Shown here one piece after another: positions 36,523 to 47,288 of a stretch of DNA of 64,000 bases. The DNA comes from an uncultured Thermoprotei archaeon. GTDB lineage: Archaea; Thermoproteota; Thermoprotei; Thermofilales; B15-G2. Within the stretch, counting starts at the first letter, position 1. Each line of letters opens with the position of its first letter. A program made the position numbers and the translations under genes. The DNA lies in contig CBDUKN010000010.1 of the NCBI GenBank assembly GCA_965367815.1, positions 18,193 to 82,192 on the forward strand, read 5' to 3'. The notes under the pieces were generated by a model, which was not told where the DNA came from, searched no databases, and saw only the letters and a program-made list of their open reading frames with translations.

Positions 36523-38889
36523 GTGGATGAGAAGGAGAGATTTTACTTAGTGTATCTCCATAAACGCGATGTTGAGCCTATTTTCGATATACTTAAATAC
36601 AAGTACTTTAGGGCGAAGAAAGTTTCTCGCTGGAGTATTACTAGGTCGAAAGTAGTTCTTCAGGTTAAAACAGAGCCTGAGGGAGAAGACATAGTTGTAG
36701 AAATTGTTCCGCTTGGCAGAAAAGCTATACTGACTAGAGCTGGAGTCGGGAAGCTGCCTCCTTTTAAGCCAGAGCCTCTTCTTGTGAAAAGTCGGCTTGA
36801 GAGAACTTTAGTTGATGTAAATAGCAGGGAAGGAGAGCTAGTAGTTTCTACAGGTGAAATAGGCTGCCACATAAGACTTGACGAATGGAAACTCTATATC
36901 ACGGATAAAAATGGGAGAGTTTTCTTCAAAGAGTACTGGAACGGTATCCGCAGAGGAGGTTTTCCCGTGTATCCTCTATGCTACAAGGTCGTTGGAGAAG
37001 AGAAGCATTTTATCGAGAGTATTGCTCTCGAGCCCGACGAAGCAGTATATGGTTTTGGCGAGCGCTTCGGCAGACTGAATAAGAGGGGACAGAGACTTCT
37101 TATGTGGAACAGCGACACAACAATGACTTCAAGCGATAGAAGCTACAAAAGTATACCGTTCTACATGTCGACTAAAGGCTACGGTCTTTTCGTAAAAACT
37201 GGAGCCAAAATGGTTTTTGAAGTAGGCTCAGAGTACTGCTACAATGCTGTATCCTTTGAGGTTTGGCAGAACTACTTAGAGTACATAGTGTTCTACGGAC
37301 CGTCTTTCAAAGAAATTCTCCGCATGTACACTGAGCTCACAGGCAGACCTCCCTTGCCGCCTCTATGGAGCTTTGGCCTCTGGATGTCTAGGTGCGCCTA
37401 CAGGAACAGGAAGGAAGTAGAAGAAGTAGCCGAGAAGCTGAGAGAATACCAGATTCCATGTGATATAATTAATATCGACCCGCTGTGGCTGAAACACTAC
37501 TGTGACTTGGAGTGGAATACAGAAAACTTCCCTAACCCTGAGGAAATGCTCCGGAAGCTTGCTAGAAAAGGATTCAAAGTGTGTTTGTGGATTCAGCCCT
37601 ACGTACCTAAAGGAACTGCGATGTATGAAGAAGGTGCAGAAAAAGGCTACTTCGTTAAAAACAAGAAAGGCGAAGTCTACAACATAATAGATTTCGCTAG
37701 AAAAGAAGTAGGAATAGTTGATTTCACGAACCCTGAGGCAAGAGAATGGTACAAAAAGAAGCTTAAGAAGCTTTTCAAAATGGGCGTAGATGTATTTAAA
37801 TGCGATATGGGCGAAGCAGTTCCCGAAGACGCAGTATTCTACGACGACTCAACAGGAATCGAGACCCACAATATTTACCCGCTCTACTACCAGGGAACAG
37901 TATTCGAGGCTTCACGCGAGTACTTTGGAGAAGGACTGGTCTGGGGTCGATCCGGGTGCCCAGGTATTCAACGATACCCTGTTCAGTGGAGCGGAGACTG
38001 TCACACAACTTTCGAAGACATGGCGTGCGTACTTAGAGGAGGACTCAGCTACTCTATGTCAGGCGTACCGTTCTGGAGCCACGATATCGGCGGATTTCAA
38101 GGACCAAAGCCTAGTCCCAAGCTGTACATTAGGTGGAGCCAGTGGGGTCTCTTGTCATCGCACTCAAGGTGCCACGGCACTACTCCGCGAGAACCATGGG
38201 AGTACGGTGAAGAAGCACTCAGAATATTCAAGAAGTTTGCTGAACTAAGATACAGTCTGCTACCCTACCTCTACTCGTGTGCACGTGAAGCCTCTGAAGA
38301 AGGCCTACCTGTAGTAAGACCACTTGTACTTGAATTCCAAGAAGATCCTGCCGTAAGAGAAGTAGACTTAGAGTATATGCTAGGACCCTTTATTCTAGTA
38401 GTACCAGTATTCAGTGAAAACGATGAAGTCGAGTACTATCTGCCTAAACGCCTCTGGCTAGACTGGTGGACACGAAAACCTGTCGAGGGCGGCAGCTGGG
38501 TAAAAGAAAAAGTCCCGTTAGACAGAATACCCTTATTCATTAGAGAAGACTCTATTATTCCGTTGACTACGCCCATGAATTATGTTTACGAGAAACCCTA
38601 CGATGAAATAAAGCTGGAGATTTTCCTCAGAAAAAGTGCTGAACTAAAGTACTGTTTTGACCGCGAAAAATTCGACATTAAGGCAGCTAAAGACGATAAG
38701 CATGCAGTAATTTCTCTAGGAGAATCGAAGAAAAAGTGGACTATAGCAATGTTCGAAGAAAAGTCTCCTAGAGAAGTGCTTGCTCATCAATGTAGACTAA
38801 TAAACTGGAGTTACTCAAGGGAAAAGAAGAAAATTGTTATCGAGGTCAATGAACTAGCTCAAGGCGCTACAGTAAGAATAGTTTACTGA
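36523..38889 (+). CDS. GH31 glycosidase (alpha-xylosidase YicI-like)
   Basis: 'YGFGERF', 'YKSIPFYMS', 'PPLWSFGLWMSR', nucleophile 'FKCDMGE', 'WSGD', 'WSHDIGGF'. Confidence 0.93.
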   Translation: MDEKERFYLVYLHKRDVEPIFDILKYKYFRAKKVSRWSITRSKVVLQVKTEPEGEDIVVEIVPLGRKAILTRAGVGKLPPFKPEPLLVKSRLERTLVDVNSREGELVVSTGEIGCHIRLDEWKLYITDKNGRVFFKEYWNGIRRGGFPVYPLCYKVVGEEKHFIESIALEPDEAVYGFGERFGRLNKRGQRLLMWNSDTTMTSSDRSYKSIPFYMSTKGYGLFVKTGAKMVFEVGSEYCYNAVSFEVWQNYLEYIVFYGPSFKEILRMYTELTGRPPLPPLWSFGLWMSRCAYRNRKEVEEVAEKLREYQIPCDIINIDPLWLKHYCDLEWNTENFPNPEEMLRKLARKGFKVCLWIQPYVPKGTAMYEEGAEKGYFVKNKKGEVYNIIDFARKEVGIVDFTNPEAREWYKKKLKKLFKMGVDVFKCDMGEAVPEDAVFYDDSTGIETHNIYPLYYQGTVFEASREYFGEGLVWGRSGCPGIQRYPVQWSGDCHTTFEDMACVLRGGLSYSMSGVPFWSHDIGGFQGPKPSPKLYIRWSQWGLLSSHSRCHGTTPREPWEYGEEALRIFKKFAELRYSLLPYLYSCAREASEEGLPVVRPLVLEFQEDPAVREVDLEYMLGPFILVVPVFSENDEVEYYLPKRLWLDWWTRKPVEGGSWVKEKVPLDRIPLFIREDSIIPLTTPMNYVYEKPYDEIKLEIFLRKSAELKYCFDREKFDIKAAKDDKHAVISLGESKKKWTIAMFEEKSPREVLAHQCRLINWSYSREKKKIVIEVNELAQGATVRIVY

Positions 38890-38891
38890 AT

Positions 38892-39296
38892 TTAAGGTAG
38901 CTTTACGAAGCCTGCTTCCTCAAAATTTTTATCAAAAGTAAACGTGTACTTTATATCGAGCAGCTTCATTATTGCAAAACTTGTGCAGTCAGTAAAACTC
39001 CATTCAAGCTTTTTATTTCTCTTAAAGTACTCGCAAGCCATATTAAATACTGTCTCGTCAACCCACACTATTTTAATGCTTTTACTTTTACGTACTTTAT
39101 CAAGAAATTTCAAAGCAGGTATTACTCCATGTTTTATTCTCAGCAAAGTGAGAGTCTCGTCTATCACGTAGTCTGATGTTACTAAGGCACCGTAAGTGCC
39201 TTTCTTAATAGTTTGCAGAAAACTGCTTGCTTTTTCATGATTTTTGTCGTCCTCGACTTCAAGTGCATAAAAAGCGCTTGTATCAATAAATATCAT
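38892..39296 (-). CDS. vapC: PIN-domain toxin
   Basis: 'IFIDTSAFYAL', 'VIDETLTLL', 'SFTDCTSF', 'FTFDKNF'. Confidence 0.92.
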   Translation of the reverse strand: MIFIDTSAFYALEVEDDKNHEKASSFLQTIKKGTYGALVTSDYVIDETLTLLRIKHGVIPALKFLDKVRKSKSIKIVWVDETVFNMACEYFKRNKKLEWSFTDCTSFAIMKLLDIKYTFTFDKNFEEAGFVKLP

Positions 39297-39538
39297 TTGC
39301 TTTCATCGTAAAGAATTTTATTATGTTCGAGAGAAGTCTTTTCCACAGCTCCCTTTCTTTTAACAACAGGTCCTTCAGTAAAGAAAGGGTCACTTTCATA
39401 TACTCTATCGTCTATTACATGCTTTCTAATAATTTCTCTTAAAGCCTCTGCAATAGTCAATCCTCTAGACTCTGCATATTCTCGCAACAGTCTGTACTCA
39501 AGCTGAGTCAACTTAGTTTGAACTACTTTAAGTTTCAT
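39293..39538 (-). CDS. Ribbon-helix-helix antitoxin
   Basis: 'VVQTKL...LREYAESRGLTIAEALREII'; ATGA overlap with vapC. Confidence 0.82.
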   Translation of the reverse strand: MKLKVVQTKLTQLEYRLLREYAESRGLTIAEALREIIRKHVIDDRVYESDPFFTEGPVVKRKGAVEKTSLEHNKILYDESK

Positions 39539-39645
39539 TGATTGTAAGTGTCAGCAATCATATTTAATGTTTACTGATTCATTAAACATGAAAGATGAAA
39601 TATCTGGAATAATAAGCTTTATTAGTGTAGTGAAATTACTACTAC

Positions 39646-40176
39646 ATGTTCACCGAAATACCTGAAGATATTAGAGCTATTTTAGAGAAAGATGAAAAGA
39701 TCTTGTGGATAGGTAGGCCGCGAGGGGCTCCATTTATTCTTAAAGGTCTTGTAGTAGTGCCGTTAATGGTTTTCTTCGGGGCTCTCCCTATACTTGTAGT
39801 ACCTCTTTACGAAGTAATTACTGAGCCGCCAGTACTACTTTTTCTAGCATTCTGGGAGTTTTTCCCAACGCTAACTATATTTGGTGTTACAGTATACCCT
39901 GTTCTTCTCCTAAGAAATATTCTCTATGTAATAACAGATAAACACGTTATTGTACGTAAAGGCGTTATTGGAATAGACTTTGATATACTTAATCTAGAGC
40001 TCGTGCAGCAAGTAAACATAGATGTAGGGATATGGGATAAAATCTACAGTACAGGAACATTAGTAGTACAGGCAATTGGAGTATCTCCAATAAAATTTTA
40101 CTCTATACCAGAGCCACTTAAAGTACACTCAATACTCACTAGAGCAGTAAAAGAAGCTATATCAGCAAAGCTCTGA
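39646..40176 (+). CDS. Membrane protein with bacterial PH (bPH_2) domain
   Basis: 'EKILWIGRP', two TM helices, 'YVITDKHVIVRKG...TGTL'. Confidence 0.82.
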   Translation: MFTEIPEDIRAILEKDEKILWIGRPRGAPFILKGLVVVPLMVFFGALPILVVPLYEVITEPPVLLFLAFWEFFPTLTIFGVTVYPVLLLRNILYVITDKHVIVRKGVIGIDFDILNLELVQQVNIDVGIWDKIYSTGTLVVQAIGVSPIKFYSIPEPLKVHSILTRAVKEAISAKL

Positions 40177-40600
40177 GTTAGTTTGTAAATGCCGTGCACA
40201 TCATACTTATGAAGGTCGCTCCGCTCAATGAAACGGCTCATACTGTGAAGTTCAGTAATCGGTAATCTCTATCTCTACTCCAATATATGATAGTATCTGC
40301 AGTAAACTCCCTCAAGAATTTATCAGTCTTATAACCACATATATGTTGCTGCTACTAACTTAAGCTTAGATTTATAAGTACTCCTTAGCTTTGTGAAAAG
40401 ATTAAAGCAGAAATCCTCAACTTAATAGCACCTTATATTAAAATTCAGGTACAGCTGAGTAGACCCTAACTACTCTTTCAGTTCCAGAATTTCAGGCTTT
40501 TAAAGAGATCTAGACTCAAAGTCTACAGGGACAGGAGTACTAAGTCGTATAGTTCGAGAAAAAGTATTAAATGATTTAAAAAGCATATTTACAGTAGTGA

Positions 40601-41338
40601 GTGGTCGTAATGAAGTTTAATAGCTATTTTATGGCATGCATTATAATGATTCTAGGAGCTTTTACTGGAGCTGTGGTCTTACCAATGTTAGTGTCTTTGA
40701 GACAGGGAACTTGTAAACTCTCTACTGCACGGGAGCCACGTAGGCTTAGTGGCGATATATGCATAAGTTTACCCTTTGTTTATAAGTCACTCAAGGAGGC
40801 TTATAAGAAATGTGATATAGCTATAATTGGTAGAGTAGTACGTCAATGGTACTATGTCCAAAGGAATAGGGACATAGTTGTTACAGTGCGTTACAAGGGA
40901 GTTCCCTTAGGGGATGTTGCTCCGTCAACGCCTTTCACTATATCAGAAGTCGAGGTTGAAGTAGTAATTAAAGGAAGAGTCGAAAGTGAGAAGATCTTAG
41001 TAAGGCAACTAGGGGGTAAGTGGCCATTAATAGTGCGCTCTCATGCCTCATGGTTTAAACCTATAGTGATCCAAGTTAAGGAGGACCCCCTGTTCAAGAT
41101 TGGTGAAAGAGTAGTATTATTCTTGAAACCCACTAACCACCCCATTAACGAATGCTACGCTTACTACTTCTTCTTCGGGAGATTTAGGGTCATAAACGGT
41201 AAAGTATACTCAGCCCTTTATTACTTATCCGAAGATACTCCGATATTAGGTACGTTAAGAGGAACAGATTACGAGCAAATTAACGGAATTTCAGTAGAAG
41301 AATTCATAAAAATATTGAATTCTTCTAAAAATAAATAA
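40601..41338 (+). CDS. Membrane-anchored hypothetical protein (TIMP/NTR-like OB-fold pattern)
   Basis: N-terminal TM; 'CDIAIIGRV', 'VEVVIKG', 'VRQLGG', 'FKIGERVVLFLK'. Confidence 0.6.
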   Translation: MVVMKFNSYFMACIIMILGAFTGAVVLPMLVSLRQGTCKLSTAREPRRLSGDICISLPFVYKSLKEAYKKCDIAIIGRVVRQWYYVQRNRDIVVTVRYKGVPLGDVAPSTPFTISEVEVEVVIKGRVESEKILVRQLGGKWPLIVRSHASWFKPIVIQVKEDPLFKIGERVVLFLKPTNHPINECYAYYFFFGRFRVINGKVYSALYYLSEDTPILGTLRGTDYEQINGISVEEFIKILNSSKNK

Positions 41339-41614
41339 AATATTAATTTCCTATAGACACATACCTTAGGACTAATGATGTTGATGAAAGACAGGGAAAC
41401 CTTACATATTTCATTTAATCCCACTACGATACATTTATGAGCTCACTTGGAGTCCTGGGAGTGTTTACGCTCTCTTGTCGTCGTAAGAGCTAATCAATAC
41501 ATATGACACACCTGTTAATAGCTAGGTGTTAAAAACGTTTTCAGTACACCTTACTCTATGCTTCAAGCAGTAATACAAAGCTTATAAGAGTTCTGTAGAA
41601 GTAGTAACATTAAA

Positions 41615-44600
41615 ATGAGAGGTGTGCGTATTGAAGCAATAAAGCAGACGTGTTTCTTTATACGTGAAAAGGTTTTAAAGAATGTTGTCGAGCTGACTAT
41701 ATCTAATGAGGGGGAGGCTTTCAAGGCAACCCTAATGGTCTCGACTCCCTCAACTACACACAAGATCCCTCTAGGCTACATAAACGCTGGCAGGCGAATA
41801 TACCGTGTTCACATACCAGATATAAGAGAAGAAGTTAGCGTAAAGTTCTCCATACACGATGAGTCTGGAAATACTGTGGCTGAGAAGACTGTGAAATGGA
41901 GACCTAGAAGACACTGGATCATTTACTTAGTTCAGTATTCTCACCATGACCTAGGGTATACTGATATTCCTCAAAACGTCTTAAGGGAGTATATTGACTT
42001 CTATGACTCAATTATGCAGTTCTGTGAAGAAACCGAGGATTGGCCCGAGGAGACTAAGTTTAGATATCAAGTTGAGCAGTTCTGGTCTATTAACTATTAC
42101 CTGAAAACTCAGCCTAAACACAAGGTTGATAGGCTCCTTAAGCTTCTGAAAGAAGGTAGAATCGAGATCTCAGCACTTTTTGGCAATGAAGTCTCCGGTC
42201 TATGCGGACATGAGGAGATCATAAGGCTAGTATATCCGTCGTTTAAGTTAAAGAACACTCACGGAATATTGGTGAGTGTTGCAGAACTTAACGATGTGCC
42301 TGGACTTTCCTGGGGACTGGCTACAGTGCTCGCTGGGTGTGGCGTAAAAGTAATAGCTCCGCTTCTTCCAAGGTGGTACTATCGACCTGACCAGATACCT
42401 TTCTGGGACGAGAGCGTAGTTACGCCCAGTGGCGCACCCGCGGCGTTTTGGTGGGAGAGCTTAGATGGTAGTAGAATTCTCTTCTGGTACCAGGATATAG
42501 GTTTTGGAGAAAACTTGGGCTTCGCTGAGAGCTACGAAAAACTTCTTAAAGAATTACCCAAGTTTTTGGATAAGCTTGAAGAAAAGGGATATCCTTTCAA
42601 TGTAATTCTAGTACGAGTGCGAGGAGCTGCTCGGGACAACTCTCCGCCATCAATTAGGCCTTGTCTGATAGCAAAAGAGTGGAACGAGAAGTGGGCATAT
42701 CCTAGAATCATAATATCTACGCTATCAAGCTTCTTTAAGTACTTAGAGGAGAATTATAGTAAGTCCTTAGAGAAGCTCCCCGTATTCAGAGGAGAGATCC
42801 CTGATAGCGACTATCCAGTAGGAGCAACTTCAACTATGCAGGCAACTATTTTAAATAGAAATGCTCACGACTTAATACCATCAGCTGAGAAGTTTGCAAC
42901 TATTGCTGATTATCTCCTAGGCCTGCCCTACCCATATAAAGAGTACTTGAAGGAGGCTTATGAACACAACCTCTTATATGATGAGCACACATGGGGGCTC
43001 TGCTGCCCATTTGGGCCGGCTCAAGAAGCTTCTCGTATCGAGAAGATTCTTCACGCATATAAGGCGTACACCTTAGCGCACGATGTTCTCGTTAAGAGCC
43101 TTAATAGGATAGTGGACGCCATAGACCTTCCAGAAAAAGGCTACTACTTAGTCGTATTTAATCCACTTTCGTGGAAAAGGACTGATATAGTAAGAGCATG
43201 GTTAAGGGACCCTGATCCCTGCGGCCATCCTGTCTATGAAGTATTGCAGAATGGAAAACCAACAGGTATTCTTGTACATGGAAGTGTTGTGGAAAGAGAT
43301 GCGTTTTACCCGCCTCTAGAGCTTTTTGAGAAGCCTTTCAGCATAGTAGATTTAGAGACGGGGGAGGAGGTGAAATACCAGATAGTATCTGTTAGGGAAC
43401 CTGAATCGACTCTAGACTTCGCTGCTGATAGAGTGGGACTAGCTCCAGTAGAGGGTAGATATGCTAAACAAATAGTGTTCGTGGCGGAAAATGTTCCCCC
43501 ACTAGGATACAAAGTCTACAAAATAGTTCCGAAAACCAGAAGCCCTCTTAGTAACTCTGTCAAAAAACACGATACTAATGGTTACATAATCGAAAACGAG
43601 TACTACAGAATAGTCATCGACCCCAATACTGGAGCTGTTATAAGTCTATTCGACAAGGAGTTGGGAAGGGAGCTAGTGGACTCTGAGGCGCCTCACGGTT
43701 TTAGCCAGCTTATAGTGCGGGAGTCTGCTACTGGCAAAGAACATTACGTAGAGAGAATACAAGTTAAAGAGGGCTTAAATGGCCCAGTTGTAAAAAGTAT
43801 AGTGGTGAGAGGTAAGGCCTACGGATGCCCGCTTGTGCTCAAAGAAATATTTCTCTACAGCAAGATTAAGAAAGTCGACTTCTACTATAGAATCTTAAAG
43901 GACTCTACACCCATGCTAGAGATTTACATAGCCTTTCCTTTTAAGATGCATAACCCAAGCTTCAAATATGAGGGCCCAAACATAGTCGTAACACCTATTA
44001 AAGACCAGTTTCCGGGCTCTCACACATGCTATTACCCCGTACAGCACTGGGTCAACATATGCGATGATAAAGGGTTTAGAGTTACGTGGTCTTCTCCAGA
44101 TGCACACTTAATTGAATTAGGTGGTCTATGGCCTCTAGGAGTCTCCTGGGCTCACCATGGCGTAACACCACCAAAATACCCTCATAAAAACTTAAGAGTC
44201 TCGAAGTTTGAGAAAGCTTACATATATTCCTTTATCCTGTGTAATAACTTCAAGACTAATTTTTACACGACTCAAGTAGGAGATCTAGTGCTTAGATATT
44301 CCATAACATCGCATATGGGAGACTGGAGAACAAATATTTCCAGAAATCACGGATGGAGTGCAGCAAATCCACTAATCCCAGTCTTTGCAGAAGGTGGAAG
44401 ACGAGGCAAACTCCCCACTAAATCATATAGCTTCTGTGAAATAGATAAGCCTAACGTAATGATCACTACAATAAAGCCCTCCGAGGACGGTGAGGGACTA
44501 GTCTTGCGGCTACTAGAGACCTCGGGAAGAAACACAACAGTGACTATTAAGCTTCCCTTCCTCAGTATAAAAAAGGCCTACATAACAGATCTAGTAGAGA

Positions 44601-44710
44601 AGGAATTAGAGCCAGTAGAGGTTCAAGGGAATCAAGTCACTACAACTATTAAGATGTTTGGAATAACCACTTTGAAGCTCATAGCAAAGGCCTTACTACC
44701 CTCTGAGTAA
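41615..44710 (+). CDS. GH38 alpha-mannosidase-like glycosidase
   Basis: Zn-site 'YSHHDLGYTD', 'NDVPG', 'YDEHTWG', 'VVFNPLSWKRT', 'VPPLGYK', C-terminal 'KPSEDGEGLVLRLLETSG'. Confidence 0.88.
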   Translation: MRGVRIEAIKQTCFFIREKVLKNVVELTISNEGEAFKATLMVSTPSTTHKIPLGYINAGRRIYRVHIPDIREEVSVKFSIHDESGNTVAEKTVKWRPRRHWIIYLVQYSHHDLGYTDIPQNVLREYIDFYDSIMQFCEETEDWPEETKFRYQVEQFWSINYYLKTQPKHKVDRLLKLLKEGRIEISALFGNEVSGLCGHEEIIRLVYPSFKLKNTHGILVSVAELNDVPGLSWGLATVLAGCGVKVIAPLLPRWYYRPDQIPFWDESVVTPSGAPAAFWWESLDGSRILFWYQDIGFGENLGFAESYEKLLKELPKFLDKLEEKGYPFNVILVRVRGAARDNSPPSIRPCLIAKEWNEKWAYPRIIISTLSSFFKYLEENYSKSLEKLPVFRGEIPDSDYPVGATSTMQATILNRNAHDLIPSAEKFATIADYLLGLPYPYKEYLKEAYEHNLLYDEHTWGLCCPFGPAQEASRIEKILHAYKAYTLAHDVLVKSLNRIVDAIDLPEKGYYLVVFNPLSWKRTDIVRAWLRDPDPCGHPVYEVLQNGKPTGILVHGSVVERDAFYPPLELFEKPFSIVDLETGEEVKYQIVSVREPESTLDFAADRVGLAPVEGRYAKQIVFVAENVPPLGYKVYKIVPKTRSPLSNSVKKHDTNGYIIENEYYRIVIDPNTGAVISLFDKELGRELVDSEAPHGFSQLIVRESATGKEHYVERIQVKEGLNGPVVKSIVVRGKAYGCPLVLKEIFLYSKIKKVDFYYRILKDSTPMLEIYIAFPFKMHNPSFKYEGPNIVVTPIKDQFPGSHTCYYPVQHWVNICDDKGFRVTWSSPDAHLIELGGLWPLGVSWAHHGVTPPKYPHKNLRVSKFEKAYIYSFILCNNFKTNFYTTQVGDLVLRYSITSHMGDWRTNISRNHGWSAANPLIPVFAEGGRRGKLPTKSYSFCEIDKPNVMITTIKPSEDGEGLVLRLLETSGRNTTVTIKLPFLSIKKAYITDLVEKELEPVEVQGNQVTTTIKMFGITTLKLIAKALLPSE

Positions 44711-44955
44711 TGAAGTCTTAAAAGGGAAAATTAATAGCTATTATGGATTAAATTCGGAAATCCTATTCATTAAATTTATTTTCATCGACATAAGTGTTAT
44801 GACAGAGCATAGTAAGTCTTTAGCCACTATTAAGAGTTCTTGGAATATTCTCAGCTTTACTATTAGACGTCCGATGGTTTAACTGCAGTAGGTTTTGTGG
44901 AGCATATAATTTAAGATCGTTAAGTTAACTTATTGATTAAAGAGAGACATGAAAT

Positions 44956-45423
44956 TTAATGCTTAACAATTACAATATTACTCATGCCTCTCCTTCTTCT
45001 TTCAACCAATCCTTTGGCTTCAAGCTTATCAAGTATTATGCTTACTGTACTCCTAGAAAGATTTAAAGTTTCAACTATTTCACTCTGAAATGCTACTCCT
45101 CCTTTACTAAGTAAAAAGTCATAAACTTTCTTCTCGCTTTTGCTTAATGATCTTACTGTACTCGATTGCTTAGCCTTTATCTCTGATTTTAGTATGCTTA
45201 GTAGAATCAATGATACTGCACATGAACTCATTACTATAGAGGAAACTGTTATAATCAACATATCTGAAAAAGTGTACACTCTGGGTATTTCCTTTACGTA
45301 TACCTCTCTTTCACCATGAACTATTATCTGAATATTTAGCGGAGATGCCATTTTAAAAACTAAAATTACCATGGATATCATATACGCTATTGCCAAAGAA
45401 ACTTTCAGCTTATCTATTTTCAT
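44956..45423 (-). CDS. Membrane-anchored wHTH transcriptional regulator
   Basis: Two TM helices, then 'GVAFQSEIVETLNLSRSTVSIILDKLEAKGLVERRRRGMSNIV'. Confidence 0.82.
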   Translation of the reverse strand: MKIDKLKVSLAIAYMISMVILVFKMASPLNIQIIVHGEREVYVKEIPRVYTFSDMLIITVSSIVMSSCAVSLILLSILKSEIKAKQSSTVRSLSKSEKKVYDFLLSKGGVAFQSEIVETLNLSRSTVSIILDKLEAKGLVERRRRGMSNIVIVKH

Positions 45424-45549
45424 AGATTATCCCTTAATAAAGTATTCCCTAGAAGTTAATTAGGGATTAGTTTTGAATCAATTTAAAACTATTTTCAAAT
45501 AAAGAGCTTTATGCTGTTTAAGACAGTATTCTAACAGGGGGTGGAATAA

Positions 45550-46716
45550 ATGATTACACGAAAGCTTAATGCTATACTGATAATCGCTGGAGTCCTCATA
45601 ATAGGACTACCCATACTCTTAGGAGCAATAATAAAAGAACCTCTACAAGTTTACAGAGGATTTCCTATTGGAGAAACTAAGCAAAGACTACTTAGTTTAC
45701 TAATTAATGAAAGCTCAAGTCCTCCTCTTGGCTCAGAATTCTACTCACCAACTTCTTTCAACCTTGCTAGGACAGAGGGATTAATTATCAAGGTAGTTAT
45801 CCACCCAGAGCTAACTAAATACATAAAATCATTCATAAAGGGGAAAGGTAGAATATATAGGTATGAACTGAACATTGGAGACTTCATTAAGATAAAACGT
45901 TTAGATAATAAGATTGAAGTTGCCGTAGAGGGTAAGACTGTGGCGTCTTCTGAGCTATTAAACGATAAAGCTAGTGTCATTAGCTTAACGATAAAGGGTT
46001 ATCCCCTTAAAATAGTAGTCGCAAAGTGTGTTGTTCCAGATATTATTAGCATACAACTCTCTCATGAACATAAGAAGGAGGCCTTAGCGGAGTTCAATAA
46101 GTCTCCTTTCGTAAAATGGCTTAAGGAAAATAGGTTTAGTTACATAATTTGTGGCTTTAGTCCTACAGTACTCTTTAATCCTGTAGAAGAGTTGAGTTAT
46201 TGTCTTGAAGGAACATTTATTGACCTTAATGTTGAAGGATTAAAAGTTCATCATTACATTCACTTTAAGAATCTCTACACTATATACTTCGATGTCCCTA
46301 AAGAAGTCTTAGTTTCATCGGAGGAAAGAGGTAAATACTATATTCTCTTCGAAATCATAGGAGTCCATGGAAAAGGAGAATTTGTGTGTCATCGTGATTT
46401 CACATGTCCTAGTGTTAAGTTTAAACGATCTGTCCCTAAAGGACCTAGCGAAGAACTTAATATTACTAGCGAATTAGTCAATCAGGTTCTAGAAACTCTA
46501 AAAAGCAATAAATTAACAAAGGAATTGTTGAAAATCTGTAATATTAAGAAAATTAGTGGATATAAATATAAATATGAGAAAAGAATAAGCGTTACTCTAG
46601 TAAGCGAGAAACTAAAGAAATGCGAAATAATCATAAAATTAAATTTAATAGAGAGAGGAAACTTGATAGAGAAGAAAATTGAAGATATTTATATCTATTA
46701 CAACACTAATCTTTAG
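45550..46716 (+). CDS. Membrane-anchored hypothetical protein
   Basis: 388-aa ORF with an N-terminal TM helix and a GGGGTGG SD-like motif; no recognised family. Confidence 0.65.
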   Translation: MITRKLNAILIIAGVLIIGLPILLGAIIKEPLQVYRGFPIGETKQRLLSLLINESSSPPLGSEFYSPTSFNLARTEGLIIKVVIHPELTKYIKSFIKGKGRIYRYELNIGDFIKIKRLDNKIEVAVEGKTVASSELLNDKASVISLTIKGYPLKIVVAKCVVPDIISIQLSHEHKKEALAEFNKSPFVKWLKENRFSYIICGFSPTVLFNPVEELSYCLEGTFIDLNVEGLKVHHYIHFKNLYTIYFDVPKEVLVSSEERGKYYILFEIIGVHGKGEFVCHRDFTCPSVKFKRSVPKGPSEELNITSELVNQVLETLKSNKLTKELLKICNIKKISGYKYKYEKRISVTLVSEKLKKCEIIIKLNLIERGNLIEKKIEDIYIYYNTNL

Positions 46717-46905
46717 AATTGTAGTTTAAATCTTTTTTATTTTTTAGATATTTTAGTAAGATTTAAAATAAATCATATTATTTAATACTAATAGCAAACT
46801 AACAATATACTTGTATCTTCGCTTTTATATAACATTACTTCCTTAATGCTGCTTTCATGAAATAAATTTAAGTTTATGTGTTGCTATAAGTAAGTTAGTT
46901 TTGGT

Positions 46906-47031
46906 TGAGTAGGGCTTGAGGGTAGAATTGAAGAATTATCTAAAGGAATAGATGATCTGGGAAGTGATATGAATCATAGGTTTAATCAGCTTAGTAGTGA
47001 AATGAATAGTAGATTTAATCATGTTATTTGA
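46906..47031 (+). pseudogene. Remnant of an 11-residue-repeat coiled-coil (paREP-like) gene
   Basis: 'LEGRIEELSKGIDDLGSDMNHRFNQLSSEMNSRFNHVI*' with a 33-bp imperfect tandem repeat; no intact start. Confidence 0.5.
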
Positions 47032-47288
47032 GAGATAAAGGTTTGTTTTAGAAATTAAGGCACTAATAGTGACAATAATAAAACCTTAAACAATAACATC
47101 TTTCTGATAAAAGTTAACTTGTAACGTATTTTGACAAAAAGATCAATATATATAAAAGTTAATTATTAAAGAAAATCTTAGCGATATATTATGATTAATT
47201 ATTTTAATTAGAGTAACGATGAAAGTTTAATATAAAGAGATAATAATATATTTAAAAAGTTATTCTGTAATAACGGAGGTGATCATTT

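Noticed and set aside
37502-38248. Alternative-frame ORFs of 60-152 aa inside the GH31 gene, and similar antisense ORFs throughout the track
   Set aside because: Fully nested in well-supported genes, with no motifs or SD; shadow ORFs.
40177-40600. Possible ncRNA or gene remnant in the gap after the PH-domain gene
   Set aside because: No C/D box spacing, tRNA fold or recognisable translated motif on either strand.
46951-47031. 33-bp tandem repeat as a non-coding array
   Set aside because: Two degenerate units that translate as a coiled-coil 11-mer repeat; treated as a gene remnant.
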